Shown in pieces: positions 47,687-58,295 of a stretch of DNA of 64,000 bases. The notes under the pieces are model-generated. The model was given only the letters and a program-made list of their open reading frames with translations. It was not told where the DNA came from and did no database searches. The translations under genes and the position numbers were made by a program. How positions within the stretch are numbered: the stretch's first letter is position 1; each line of letters starts with the position of its first letter. The DNA is from an uncultured Actinomycetota bacterium (lineage in GTDB: Bacteria > Actinomycetota > Actinomycetes > Actinomycetales > CAWJMD01), in the NCBI GenBank assembly GCA_963845675.1, contig CAWJSX010000003.1:224137-288136 (forward strand). The letters run 5' to 3'.

Positions 47687-48118
47687 GTGCTGGTCCTGAC
47701 GCGTCGTGCCGGTGAGAGCGTCATCATCGGCGACGAGGTCGTGGTCACGGTCGTCGAGGTTCGCGGCGACGTGGTCCGCCTCGGCATCCAAGCCCCTCGC
47801 GAGGTGAAGGTCCACCGCGAGGAGATCTACCGTGCAGTCGGCGAGGCCAACGCGGCCGCGGCCCGCAGCTCCGACGACGACATCGCCCGCCTGACGCAGT
47901 CGCTGCGGCCGCAGACCCCCGGTCCCGGTACGGCGGCGCCCGCCGACACGGCACAGCGCCGCGAGACGGCACAGCGCCCCGACCCGGCACAGCGCCCCGA
48001 CCCGGCACAGCGCCCCGACCCGGCACAGCGCCCCGAGACGCCACAGCCGTCCGGCCCGGCACCCCGGCCTCGCCCCACCCCTGGCCCCGCACGCGGCCGG
48101 GGCACCCAACCCTCGTGA
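47687..48118 (+). CDS. csrA: Carbon storage regulator CsrA with long C-terminal tail
   Basis: [29 protein letters not shown], Asn55; TATGCT -10 six nt upstream (leaderless). Confidence 0.95.
   Translation: MLVLTRRAGESVIIGDEVVVTVVEVRGDVVRLGIQAPREVKVHREEIYRAVGEANAAAARSSDDDIARLTQSLRPQTPGPGTAAPADTAQRRETAQRPDPAQRPDPAQRPDPAQRPETPQPSGPAPRPRPTPGPARGRGTQPS
47948..48037 (+). repeat. Five 18-bp in-frame repeats in csrA tail
   Basis: (A/C)CGGCACAGCGCC(C/G)CGA(C/G) encoding [30 protein letters not shown]. Confidence 0.9.
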
Positions 48119-48987
48119 GCCGGGTCGCCGTCACCGGCGCGGCCGGCAAGCTCGGGCGGGCAGTGGTCCGCCACCTCGCCGCGTCCGGGTGGACGGTCCT
48201 CAGCCTCGACCAGCACCGGCCCGACGGGGAGCCCGGGGAGTTCGTCCGGGTCGACCTCACCGACTACGCGCAGGTGGCCGAGGTGCTCGGGGGCCACGTC
48301 GACGAGCACGCCCCGGTCGACGCCGTGGTGCACCTCGCCGCGGTCCCGGCTCCCGGCCTGCGGTCCAACTCCGCGACGTTCTCGAACAACGCGACCGCCA
48401 CGTGGAACGTCTTCGCCGCCTCACGGGCCGCCGGCATCAGGCGCATCGTCTGGGCGTCGAGCGAGACCGTGCTGGGTCTGCCCTTCGACGTGCCGCCCCC
48501 CTACGTCCCGGTGGACGAGGAGTACCCACCGCGGCCCGAGTCGACCTACTCGATGGTCAAGGTCCTCGAGGAGGAGATGGCCCGGCACTTCTGCCGCTGG
48601 GACCCCGAGCTCGTGATGGTGGGACTGCGCTTCTCCAACGTGATGGACCCGCAGGACTACGCGGAGTTCCCGTCGTTCGACGCGGACCCGCTGCTGCGGA
48701 GGTGGAACCTCTGGGGCTACATCGACGCGCGCGACGGGGCGCAGGCGGTGCGGCGGGGCCTCGAGCACGACCGGCCCGGGGCCGACGTGTTCGTCATCGC
48801 CAACGCGGACACGGTGATGACCAGGTCCAGCGCCGACCTGGTCGCGGAGGTGTACCCCGGCGTCGAGGTGCGACGCGAGCTCGGGGAGCACGAGACGCTG
48901 CTCTGCATCGACAAGGCGCGTCGGGTGCTCGGGTACGAGCCGGAACACTCCTGGCGCGCCGAGGTGGGTCTCCCTCCGAAGGATTGA
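48115..48987 (+). CDS. NAD-dependent epimerase/dehydratase
   Basis: [23 protein letters not shown] (YxxxK), LWGYIDARD. Confidence 0.88.
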   Translation: MSRVAVTGAAGKLGRAVVRHLAASGWTVLSLDQHRPDGEPGEFVRVDLTDYAQVAEVLGGHVDEHAPVDAVVHLAAVPAPGLRSNSATFSNNATATWNVFAASRAAGIRRIVWASSETVLGLPFDVPPPYVPVDEEYPPRPESTYSMVKVLEEEMARHFCRWDPELVMVGLRFSNVMDPQDYAEFPSFDADPLLRRWNLWGYIDARDGAQAVRRGLEHDRPGADVFVIANADTVMTRSSADLVAEVYPGVEVRRELGEHETLLCIDKARRVLGYEPEHSWRAEVGLPPKD

Positions 48988-49037
48988 CGGGCATACCCCT
49001 GGGGGGTTATCTTCTCGCATACCCCCTAGGAGTATGC
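48984..49037 (+). promoter_or_regulatory. Sigma-A promoter with two CsoR-type operators
   Basis: TTGACG-N18-TATCTT; ATACCCCTGGGGGGTTAT in the spacer and GCATACCCCCTAGGAGTATGC downstream (C-tract/G-tract pseudopalindromes). Confidence 0.8.
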
Positions 49038-49047
49038 GAGGCCGCTC

Positions 49048-49335
49048 ATGGACACCCCGGGATACGCCCACGGCAAGGATGCCCACCTCAAGCGGCTGCG
49101 CCGCGTCGAGGGGCAGGTGCGAGGTCTGCAGAAGCAGGTCGAGAACGACACGTACTGCATCGACGTGCTCACGCAGGTGTCGGCGGCGACCAAGGCGCTC
49201 GAGGCCTTCGCGCTGGCACTGCTCGAGGAGCACCTGCGGCACTGCGTCACCGACGCGATCCAGGTTGGCGGCGAGGAGGCCGAGGCGAAGGTCAAGGAGG
49301 CCTCCGCCGCCATCGCCCGTCTCGTGCGGTCCTGA
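49048..49335 (+). CDS. csoR: Copper-sensing transcriptional repressor
   Basis: RLRRVEGQVRGL, YCIDVLTQ, HLRHC (Cys-His-Cys ligands). Confidence 0.92.
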   Translation: MDTPGYAHGKDAHLKRLRRVEGQVRGLQKQVENDTYCIDVLTQVSAATKALEAFALALLEEHLRHCVTDAIQVGGEEAEAKVKEASAAIARLVRS

Positions 49336-49399
49336 CGCGACGCGCCCGACGACCCTGAACCAACGACGAGTCCCCATCACCGATCACGAGGAGAACGAG

Positions 49400-49615
49400 A
49401 TGACCAGCGAGACCTACACCGTCACCGGCATGACCTGCGGCCACTGCACGTCGGCCGTCACGCAGGAGCTCGCGGCGCTGCCGGGCGTCACCGACGTGTC
49501 CATCGACCTGGTCGCCGGGGGCGCCTCCACCGTCACGGTCACCTCCGCCGAGCCGCTGGACGCGGCCGCCGTCCGCGAGGCCGTGGACGAGGCGGGGTAC
49601 GAGGTCGTCGCATGA
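49400..49615 (+). CDS. copZ: Copper chaperone
   Basis: VTGMTCGHC HMA motif, AVDEAGY; GAGGAG RBS. Confidence 0.9.
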   Translation: MTSETYTVTGMTCGHCTSAVTQELAALPGVTDVSIDLVAGGASTVTVTSAEPLDAAAVREAVDEAGYEVVA

Positions 49616-50553
49616 GGGGGGCCACCGGTCGGCGGCGCCGTCCCGAGCTGCCCACGTGGGCTCGGCTCGGGGCGTACGCGCTCGCCGTCGCGGTGGCCTC
49701 CGGCGCGGCGTACGGGGTGGGCGCGGCCGTCGGCCCAGGGGTCGCCGCGACGACCGGCGACCACTCCGAGATGGGTGCCGACCCGCATGACGAGTCCGAC
49801 GGCGCGCAGCCGCAGGACGGCGTCGCGACGGCAGGACCCGTCCCGGGTCTGGCGGTGGAGCAGGAGGGGTACACGCTCGTCCTGGACGACGTCGAGCTGG
49901 CCCTCGGCGCCGCCGTCCCGTTCCGCTTCGCCGTGACCGGGCCCGACGGTGAGCCGGTCACGGACACCGAGGTGGTGCACGAGAAGCCGCTGCACCTCGT
50001 CGTCGTGCGTCGGGACGTCTCGGCGTACCAGCACGTGCACCCGACTCTCGGTCCAGACGGGTGGTGGACCGTCCCGCTCGACCTGCCCGCGGCCGGGACC
50101 TACCGCGTCTTCGCGGACGTCGAGCCGGTCGGCGGACCTGACCTCGTCCTGGGCGCCGACGTGCAGGTGGCGGGCCGGTTCGCGCCCGTCGCCCTGCCGG
50201 CTCCCAGTACGTCGACGTCGGTCGACGGGTTCGACGTCACCGTGTCCGCCGACGCGCCCGTGCCGGGCGAGGAGACGACCCTGACCTTCACGGTGCACCG
50301 AGACGGCGTCCCGGTCGACGACCTCGAGCCCTACCTCGGCTCGTACGGGCACCTCGTCTCGCTCCGTACCGGGGACCTCGCCTACCTGCACACCCACCCG
50401 ACCACGTCGGCCGAGGCCGGCGAGGACGGCGGACCCGAGATCGCGTTCGGGACGACCTTCCCGAGCGAGGGGGCCTATCGCCTCTTCCTCGACTTCTCCT
50501 CCGGTGGCAGCGTCCACACCGCGCAGCTCACCCTGGACGTGAGGAACCCCTGA
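49612..50553 (+). CDS. Secreted or membrane-anchored His-motif protein in copper operon
   Basis: N-terminal hydrophobic segment; two internal repeats with HLV...Y.H.HP and G.YR.F.D. Confidence 0.75.
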   Translation: MRGATGRRRRPELPTWARLGAYALAVAVASGAAYGVGAAVGPGVAATTGDHSEMGADPHDESDGAQPQDGVATAGPVPGLAVEQEGYTLVLDDVELALGAAVPFRFAVTGPDGEPVTDTEVVHEKPLHLVVVRRDVSAYQHVHPTLGPDGWWTVPLDLPAAGTYRVFADVEPVGGPDLVLGADVQVAGRFAPVALPAPSTSTSVDGFDVTVSADAPVPGEETTLTFTVHRDGVPVDDLEPYLGSYGHLVSLRTGDLAYLHTHPTTSAEAGEDGGPEIAFGTTFPSEGAYRLFLDFSSGGSVHTAQLTLDVRNP

Positions 50554-52849
50554 TGACCAGCACGCAGACCACGAACCCGGCGCACAGCACCGTCGACGGC
50601 AACACCGTCGACCTGGTGATCGGTGGGATGACCTGCGCCTCGTGCGCAGCCCGGGTCGAGAAGAAGCTCAACCGCATGGACGGCGTCAGCGCCACCGTCA
50701 ACTACTCGACCGAGAAGGCCCGCGTCAGCTACCCGTCGGTCGTCCGTGTCGAGGACCTCGTGGCCACCGTCGAGGCGACGGGCTACACCGCCGTCGCGCC
50801 GCCCCCGCCCTCGACGGAGCCCGTCCCGTCGGGCGACGGGGACGGCCCGGCCCCGGTAGCGAGGTCGACCCGACGGCAGCACTGCGGCTGCGGCTCGTCG
50901 TGAGCGCGGCGCTGACGGTCCCCCTGCTCCTGCTGTCCATGGTTCCCCCGCTCCAGTTCGACTACTGGCAGTGGCTCGCGCTGACCCTGGCCGCGCCGGT
51001 CGTCGTGTGGGGGGCCCTGCCCTTCCACCAGGCCGCGTGGACCAACCTGCGGCACGCCGCCGTGACCATGGACACACTCGTGAGCATCGGCGTCAGCGCG
51101 GCCTTCGGGTGGTCCCTGTACGCGCTGTTCCTCGGGGGCGCCGGCGAGCCCGGCATGACGATGGCCTTCAACCTGCTGCCGTCGCGGGGCGGCGGTGGTG
51201 AGGAGATCTACCTCGAGGTGGCCGCGGGTGTCACGACGTTCCTGCTCGCGGGACGCCTCGCCGAGGCCCGGGCGAAGCGCGCGTCGGGGGCGGCGCTGCG
51301 TGCGCTGATGGACCTCGGGGCCAAGGAGGTCGCCGTCATCCGGGACGGGCGCGAGCAGCTCGTGCCCGTGGACCAGCTCGCTGTCGGGGACGAGTTCGTC
51401 GTCCGGCCGGGGGAGAAGGTGGCGACGGACGGCGTCGTCGTCAGCGGCGCCTCGGCGGTCGACGCCTCCATGCTCACCGGTGAGGCCGTGCCGGTGGACG
51501 TCGCCGAGGGCGACTCCGTGACGGGCGCCACGTTGAACGTGGGCGGTCGGCTGGTGGTGCGCGCCACCCGGGTGGGTGCCGACACCCAGCTCGCGCAGAT
51601 GGCCCGCCTCGTCGAGGACGCCCAGAGCGGGAAGGCCGCGGTGCAGCGGTTGGCGGACCGGGTCTCGGCAGTCTTCGTGCCCGTGGTGATCGCCCTGTCG
51701 CTCGCGACCCTCGGGTTCTGGCTGGGCACGGGGGCAGGGACGGAGCTGGCCTTCACGGCGGCGGTCGCCGTCCTGATCATCGCGTGCCCCTGCGCGCTCG
51801 GCCTCGCGACGCCGACGGCGCTGATGGTCGGCACGGGTCGGGGCGCCCAGCTCGGCGTGCTGATCAAGGGCCCCGAGGTCCTGGAGTCGACGCGCGCCGT
51901 CGACACGGTGGTGCTCGACAAGACCGGAACCGTCACGACGGGCCGCATGGCGGCCGGCGACGTCGTCACCGTCGACGGGACCGACGAGTCCGAGCTCTTG
52001 AGGCTGGCGGGGGCGCTGGAGCACGCGTCCGAGCACCCGATCGCACGAGCCGTCGCGACGGCGGCGCGCGAGCGACTCGGTGCGGACCTGCCTGCGGTGG
52101 AAGGGTTCTCGAACCACGACGGACGTGGCGTGACCGGACGGGTCGACGACCACGACGTGGCGGTCGGCCGGCGTGCGTGGCTGCTCGGTCAGTACACGGG
52201 CGCGGAGGTCCCGAGCGTGTTGTCCGACGCCGTCGAGGAGGCGGAGAGCGCAGGCCGGACACCCGTCTGGGTGGGCTGGGACGGCGAGGTGCGAGGTGTC
52301 GTCGTGGTAGCCGACACCGTGAAACCGACTGCGCGAGAGGCCGTCGACGAGCTGCGTGCCCTGGGGCTGCGTCCGGTGCTGCTCACCGGCGACAACGAGC
52401 GGGCCGCTCGCGCGGTCGCTGCTCAGGTGGGTATCGACGCCGGCGACGTGTTCGCCGAGGTGCTCCCCGAGGGCAAGGTCGACGTCGTGCGGCGCCTCCA
52501 GGGCGAGGGCCGTGTCGTGGCGATGGTGGGTGACGGCGTCAACGACGCGCCGTCGCTGGCCCAGGCCGACCTCGGCCTGGCCATCGGCACGGGGACGGAT
52601 GCGGCCATCCAGGCAAGCGACCTGACGCTCGTGCGCGGTGACCTGCGGGCGGCGGGAGACGCGATCAGGCTGTCGCGCGCCACGCTCCGCACGATCAAGG
52701 GCAACCTGTTCTGGGCGTTCGCCTACAACGTCGCAGCGATCCCACTCGCCGCCGCCGGGTTGCTGAACCCGCTGGTCGCCGGTGCGGCGATGGCGTTCTC
52801 GTCGGTGTTCGTGGTCACCAACAGCCTCCGGCTGCGGCGGTTCGCGTGA
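50553..52849 (+). CDS. copA: P1B-type Cu(+)-exporting ATPase; frameshift in linker about 50800-50860
   Basis: GMTCASC HMA domain in 50553..50903; TGE, CPC, DKTGT, SEHP, GDGVND, YN and MAFSS in ORF ending 52849. Confidence 0.9.
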
Positions 52850-53122
52850 GCACCCTCACAGCAGCAGGCCGGCCGACACATGATCGACCGTGCTCCGCGT
52901 CACACGGCGTCGCCGGGCCGCGGCCGGACGTGGAATCGGTGACCCCCCAGCGCTGTTAGGCTGGGCAGGCGACGGCGTTCCTGCCGTCCTACTCCGCGGG
53001 CGAGCTGCCCGTGAGGTCGCTCCCCTGAAACACCTCGAGCGTGACAGCGCTCCACGGTGGCCTGCCGACCGGCAGGCCCCGTCCAGGTTGCGGCCGTTCT
53101 ACCGCAACGGAGTCGTTGTCGA

Positions 53123-54674
53123 ATGCCTCAGCACGCCCAGTCCCGTCCTGCCTACGCGGGCCCCCGCCGCGGTGGCCGTCCCACGAGCGGCGGTCCCCGG
53201 CGCGGGTCCGGCCGCCCCCAGCGCCGTCCGGTCGCCGACCCCGCGACCGCCGCACTCGACGCCGCGCTGAACGCCGCGGCCGAGGCCCCGGCCGGGGCGG
53301 ACTACACCTTCGCCGAGCTGGGACTGCCCGACCGCCTGGTCGACGCGCTGGCCCACGCCGGCATCGAGCGGCCGTTCGCGATCCAGACCCGCACCCTGCC
53401 CGACGGCGTCGCCGGGCGTGACGTGCTCGGCCGCGCCCAGACCGGCTCGGGCAAGACGCTCGGCTTCGGCCTGCCGATGCTGGCGCGCCTTGCCGGAGGC
53501 CGCCGCACCACCAAGCAGCCGCGCGGCCTCGTGCTGGTGCCGACCCGCGAGCTCGCACAGCAGGTCGCGACCGCGCTCGTCCCGCTCGGGCGGAGCCTGT
53601 CGCTCAAGGTCACCACGGTCTACGGCGGCGCCCCGATCGGGCGCCAGATCGCCGACCTCGAGCGGGGCGTCGACGTCGTCGTCGCCACGCCCGGCCGCCT
53701 CATCGACCTGATGGAGCGTCGCAGCGTCGACCTCTCCCGCGTCTCCATCACCGTCCTCGACGAGGCCGACTACATGGCCGACCTCGGGTTCATGCCCGCG
53801 GTGACCACCATCCTCGACACCACCCCCGAGGGTTCGCAGCGGATGCTGTTCTCGGCCACGCTCGACCGTGGTGTCGGCCAGCTGGTGACCCGGTACCTGT
53901 CCGACCCGGCGATCCACGCCGTGGCCGCCGCCGCGTCGCAGGTGGACACGATGGACCACGTCGTCTTCACCGTGAGGGCCGAGCACAAGCTCGCGGTCGC
54001 CACCGAGGTGGCACAGCGCCCGGGCCGCACGCTCTTCTTCGTCCGTACCAAGCACGGCGCCGACCGGCTCGCGGAGCAGATGGGCCGCGAGGGTGTGGCG
54101 GCCAGCGCGATCCACGGGAACCTCACGCCAGGGCGCCCGTCAGCGTGCGCTCGCGGCGTTCACCGCCGGCCACCCGCGGGTGCTCGTCGCCACGGACGTC
54201 GCGGCCCGCGGCATCCACGTGGACGACGTCGACCTCGTCGTGCACTTCGACCCGCCGAACGACCACAAGGACTACCTGCACCGCTCCGGCCGCACCGCTC
54301 GCGCGGGCACGTCCGGCACTGTGGTCTCACTCGTCCAGCCGGCGCAGCTGCGCGAGGTCGCCCGACTGCACCAGGGTGCCCGCGTCAGCGCGCGCACCGC
54401 GTCCGTGTCGCCCGGCGACGAGGAGGTCCGCCAGATGGCGACCTCCGGGACGCCGATCGTCGTCCAGCCGCTGCCGGAGCGTGAGGGCGGCTCCGGTCGT
54501 AGCCGTCGCCCGTACCGTCAGGGCGGCCGGGACCAGGGCGAGCGCCGCGGTGGCGGTCGCCAGGGCGGCTACCAGGGTGGACGCTCCACGGGCGCCCGCA
54601 GCGGGGGCCCGGGTGGCAGTGGCCGCCGTCAAGGCGGTCAGACCAGCTCCCAGCGCGGTGCCCGCACCGCCTGA
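53123..54674 (+). CDS. DEAD-box RNA helicase; +1 frameshift near 54124-54129
   Basis: [25 protein letters not shown]; [31 protein letters not shown] after shift; RG-rich tail. Confidence 0.9.
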
Positions 54675-54693
54675 CGCACCTGGCGTACGGCGA

Positions 54694-54721
54694 GGGGCCC
54701 GGACCATGTGGTCCGGGCCCC
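54694..54721. terminator. Hairpin between convergent genes
   Basis: GGGGCCCGGACCA-TG-TGGTCCGGGCCCC. Confidence 0.7.
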
Positions 54722-54783
54722 CCGTCGTGTCCGGTCGTCCGCGCGGGCTCCTGTCAGGTGGCCCGATGCAGCTCAGTCCGGGA

Positions 54784-54939
54784 TCAGTACCAGTGCTTGC
54801 GCCCACCGATGGCGCGGCCGGTCGCTCCCAGCAGGAACAGGACGGCGCCGATGACGATCAGGATGATGCCGATCGTGGTGAGGATGCTCACGTTCAGCAC
54901 GAGGCCGAGGATGAGCAGGATGATGCCCAGGACGATCAT
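54784..54939 (-). CDS. 51-aa membrane protein (DUF6131-like)
   Basis: MIVLGIILLILG...GRAIGGRKHWY; AAGGAG RBS. Confidence 0.75.
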   Translation of the reverse strand: MIVLGIILLILGLVLNVSILTTIGIILIVIGAVLFLLGATGRAIGGRKHWY

Positions 54940-55055
54940 GGAGTCTCCTTGGGTAGGTGGACGGTCGAACAACTCCCCTGCGCACAGGGCGGGCACCATG
55001 GTGGCCCCCCGTCGCGCAATGCGCACGGTGAAACGCCGTCCGGCATGATCACGGT

Positions 55056-55610
55056 ATGACGGACCCCAGCACGAGCCGCGACGTGCCGATGCACGTGCGA
55101 GCAGGCAACCGCCTGCTCGAGGGCGCCGAGACCGTGGTCTACGTGGGCATCGCCGTCCTGCTGCTGCTGACGGCGGCCGGACTGCTGGTGGGCGCGGCGC
55201 GGCGGCTGCCAGGAGTACTCGGCGAGGGCGAGAAGGTCGCGCTGGAGCTGCTCGACGCGCTGCTGCTGATCTTCATCGTCGTCGAGCTGCTGTACGCCGT
55301 CCGCATGACCATCGCCAAGCGTGAGCTCGTGGCCGAGCCCTTCCTGCTGGTCGGCATCATCGCCTCGATCAAGGAGATCGTCGTGCTGTCGGTCAAGGCC
55401 GCCGAGGAGGTCGGCACGGGGGAGGTCTTCGACGACTCCCTGGCCGAGATCGGCGTGCTCGGCGTGCTCGTGCTGCTGCTGGGCCTGACGGCGTACCTGC
55501 TGCGCCGCAAGGAGCGTGAGCCCGGGGAGGGCGACGACAGCGACGACCCCTACACGGCAGACCGCGGACGGCCGGCGCAGGAGAAGGTGCCCGAGGACGC
55601 GCGCGAGTGA
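55056..55610 (+). CDS. PsiE (phosphate-starvation-inducible) family membrane protein
   Basis: LLLIFIVVELL, EPFLLVGIIASIKEI; four TMs. Confidence 0.75.
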   Translation: MTDPSTSRDVPMHVRAGNRLLEGAETVVYVGIAVLLLLTAAGLLVGAARRLPGVLGEGEKVALELLDALLLIFIVVELLYAVRMTIAKRELVAEPFLLVGIIASIKEIVVLSVKAAEEVGTGEVFDDSLAEIGVLGVLVLLLGLTAYLLRRKEREPGEGDDSDDPYTADRGRPAQEKVPEDARE

Positions 55611-56513
55611 GGACGCTGCTGCGCGAGTCACGAGCCGATCTGGCCCTCGCGGCCACGGTGATGGGCTGGATCGCCCTGGTCCTCCTGCTCGACCGGAGCG
55701 GGCCGATGGTGGAGCAGGTCGGGACGGGCCTGCTCACGTGGGGCGTGCTGGCACTGGCCCTGCGACGTGAGACCTCGCTCGTCCGCGTGCAGACCATGGT
55801 GGTCGTCGTGCTCGCCACCGCCGTCGAGTACACGTTCTCCCCCCTGCTGGAGGCCTACACCTACCGTCTGGAGACGGTGCCCCTCTACGTGCCGCCTGGA
55901 CACGGGCTCGTCTACCTGGCGGCGATGTCGCTCGGTCGGTCGCCGTTGTTCGAGGCGCACCGTCGGCGGCTCGTGGCGGCGACCCTCGTGCTCGGGGGGG
56001 CCTGGGCGCTGTACGGGGTCACCCTGGCCGAGAGGCCGGACGCCCTGGGCGCCTTCTGGTTCCTGTGCCTCGTCGGCTTCCTGGCCTGGGGCCGGTCGCA
56101 GCTGCTCTATGTCGGCGCCTTCGTCGTGGTGAGCTGGCTCGAGCTGATCGGCACCGCGTGGGGGACGTGGACGTGGGCTCCGGTCGACCCGGTCGTCGGC
56201 ATCGTGACGCAGGGCAACCCGCCGTCGGGCGCGGCCGGCGGCTACGGCTGGTTCGACCTCTACGCGTTGCTGCTCGCGCCCCCGCTGCTGTCCCGGCTGA
56301 GACGGCTCAGGACGGCGTCGTGCAGGTGGCCGTTGGTGGCGAGGGCGTTCCCCCCGAAGGGCCCGTCGTCGCCGTCCAGCGACGTGAAGCGGCCTCCCGC
56401 CTCGGTGACCACCGGGACCAGTGCCGCCATGTCGTGCAGCGCCAGCCTCCGGTTCCGCCGCGACGTCCACGGCGCCCTCGGCGACCAGCACGTACGACCA
56501 GAAGTCGCCGTAG
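55607..56513 (+). CDS. Hypothetical multi-pass membrane protein (stop inferred after correcting the hisN indel)
   Basis: [28 protein letters not shown]; after removal of one C at 56446-56447 the frame stops at TAG 56511-56513. Confidence 0.65.
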
Positions 56514-57109
56514 GCCCTCGTCCGCCAGCACTGCTCGGTGAGGTCGAGGAAGGCCGCCCGGCCCCCTGCCTCGGCGCGGTGGGCGTCCCAGCCCGACAGG
56601 CTCGAGTACGACAGCGACGCGTCGGACAGGTCGGTGACGCCCGAGACGTGCAGCCGGGTCGCTGCCGACAGCGACCGTCCCGTCCAGGCCCCGGAGCCGA
56701 GTGCGGCCCACCAGCGGCGGTTCAGTGCGGGTGCCGACACCACCCCCAGCACGGGACGACCCTGGTCGACCAGCGCGATCAGCGTCGCCCAGACCGGCAC
56801 CCCGCGCATGAAGTTCTTGGTGCCGTCGATGGGGTCGACCACCCACTGCCTCGGCCCGTGACCGGTGTCCTCCAGCTCTTCGCCGACCACTGCGTCGCGC
56901 GGCCTGGTCCGGCGCAGCTGGGTGCGAACCAGCTCCTCCGCGCTCGAGTCCGCGTCGGTGACCGGCGTGAGGTCGGACTTGGTCGTCACGTCGAGATCGC
57001 GCGCCTTGAAGCGCGACATGGTCAGCGCGTCGACCTGGTCGGCGATGACGTGCGCGAGTCGCAGGTCGTCGTCGTAGCTGGCCACCCGGCGCACGCTCTC
57101 CTCGCTCAC
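56260..57109 (-). CDS. hisN: Histidinol-phosphatase (inositol monophosphatase family); +1 frameshift at 56446-56447
   Basis: [53 protein letters not shown] after shift; TAGCGT -10 seven nt before GTG 57109. Confidence 0.87.
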
Positions 57110-57175
57110 CGGGCGCACGCTACCTGCTGGGGGGTGGTTCGACGGGGACCCGGGACGGGGGTCAGACTGACCGGG

Positions 57176-57472
57176 ATGGACCGGATGCCGCTGCACGAGG
57201 CGCTCGCCGACCGCACGAAGGTCCTGCGGGTCTACCTCGACGAGGACGGGCGGCTGGTGCGGATGCCCGCCAAGCACCGCAAGCGCCTGGTCGTGCTCGA
57301 CCACCTGGCCAGGGTCTTCGAGCCGGGCATCCGGTACCCCGAGTCGGAGGTCAACGCGCTGATGCGCGCCTTCCACGACGACGTGGCGCTGCTGCGCCGC
57401 AGCCTGGTCGACGAGGGCTTCCTCGACCGCGAGGCCGGCGACTACTGGCGCATCGGCGGCACGGTCGCCTAG
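57176..57472 (+). CDS. DUF2087 family protein
   Basis: PAKHRKRLVVL, FEPGIRYPESEVN, DVALLRRSLVDEGFL.R...YWR. Confidence 0.82.
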   Translation: MDRMPLHEALADRTKVLRVYLDEDGRLVRMPAKHRKRLVVLDHLARVFEPGIRYPESEVNALMRAFHDDVALLRRSLVDEGFLDREAGDYWRIGGTVA

Positions 57473-58179
57473 CGCGCCCTCGGTGCCTGGGCGACGTAGA
57501 CCGTGCTGGCCGACTCGCCACCGGTGAGCGGGTTGGCGAACGACACCACGTGGGTCGCGGGGTCGATGAAGACCTCGCTGAGCGTGGCCTCGAAGACCGG
57601 GTCCGGCGGATCGTCGGACCACAGGGCGAAGATGCCGCCCGGCACGATCCGTTCCGCCAGGCGTCGCAGACCCTGGTCGCTGTAGAACGCCGCGTGGCTG
57701 GGGTGGAGGAGGTGCTGCGGTGAGTGGTCGATGTCGAGCAGCACGGCGTCGTAGGTCTCCCGCGGGGTGGCGCCTTCGGCGATCTGGGCGAAGAAGTCGC
57801 CGAGGCGGAGGTCGCAGCGCGCGTCCGCGGCCAGGCCGACGGTGTCGGGCAGCAGGTCGCGGCGGTGCCAGTCGATGACCGCGGCGACCGCCTCGACGAC
57901 CTGCACCTGCTCGACCCGGTCGTCCTCCAGCGCGGCACGCAGCGTGTAGCCGAGACCCAGGCCACCGACGAGCACGTGCAGCTGCTCGCCCTCGACCCGG
58001 GCGAGACCGAGGTGCGCGAGCTCGGTCTCCACGACGGTGAAGAGGCTCGACATCAGGAACTGGTCGTCGATCTTCACCTCGTAGATGTCGTGGCCGACGA
58101 CCGGCTCGTGTCGCCGCCGAAGGCTGATCACCCCGATCGGGGTGTCGGCCCAGCCGAGCTCCTCGATACGCAAGGCCAC
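57469..58179 (-). CDS. Spermidine synthase-like SAM-dependent methyltransferase-fold protein
   Basis: FLMSS, VLVGGLGLGYT, DAVLLDIDHSP, GGIFALWS. Confidence 0.8.
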   Translation of the reverse strand: MALRIEELGWADTPIGVISLRRRHEPVVGHDIYEVKIDDQFLMSSLFTVVETELAHLGLARVEGEQLHVLVGGLGLGYTLRAALEDDRVEQVQVVEAVAAVIDWHRRDLLPDTVGLAADARCDLRLGDFFAQIAEGATPRETYDAVLLDIDHSPQHLLHPSHAAFYSDQGLRRLAERIVPGGIFALWSDDPPDPVFEATLSEVFIDPATHVVSFANPLTGGESASTVYVAQAPRAR

Positions 58180-58295
58180 GTGCTGCCTCCGGTGCCGGGT
58201 CGTGCGGCCCAGGCCCTGGAGCGGGAAGAGGTCCGCGAGCAGGCTACGCCTCAGGACCCCTCCCGCGATCCGTGGGCGGAGGTCATACTCGGCGG

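Noticed and set aside
15341-48118. Flagellar cluster as a mobile island
   Set aside because: No integrase, transposase, tRNA or flanking direct repeats seen; composition looks like the flanks
50861-50903. HCGCG tail of ORF 50553..50903 as a separate metal-binding chaperone
   Set aside because: Out-of-frame sequence after the copA frameshift
55607-57472. 621-aa membrane protein-DUF2087 fusion ORF
   Set aside because: The middle is the antisense of hisN, kept open by the indel at 56446; DUF2087 has its own start at 57176
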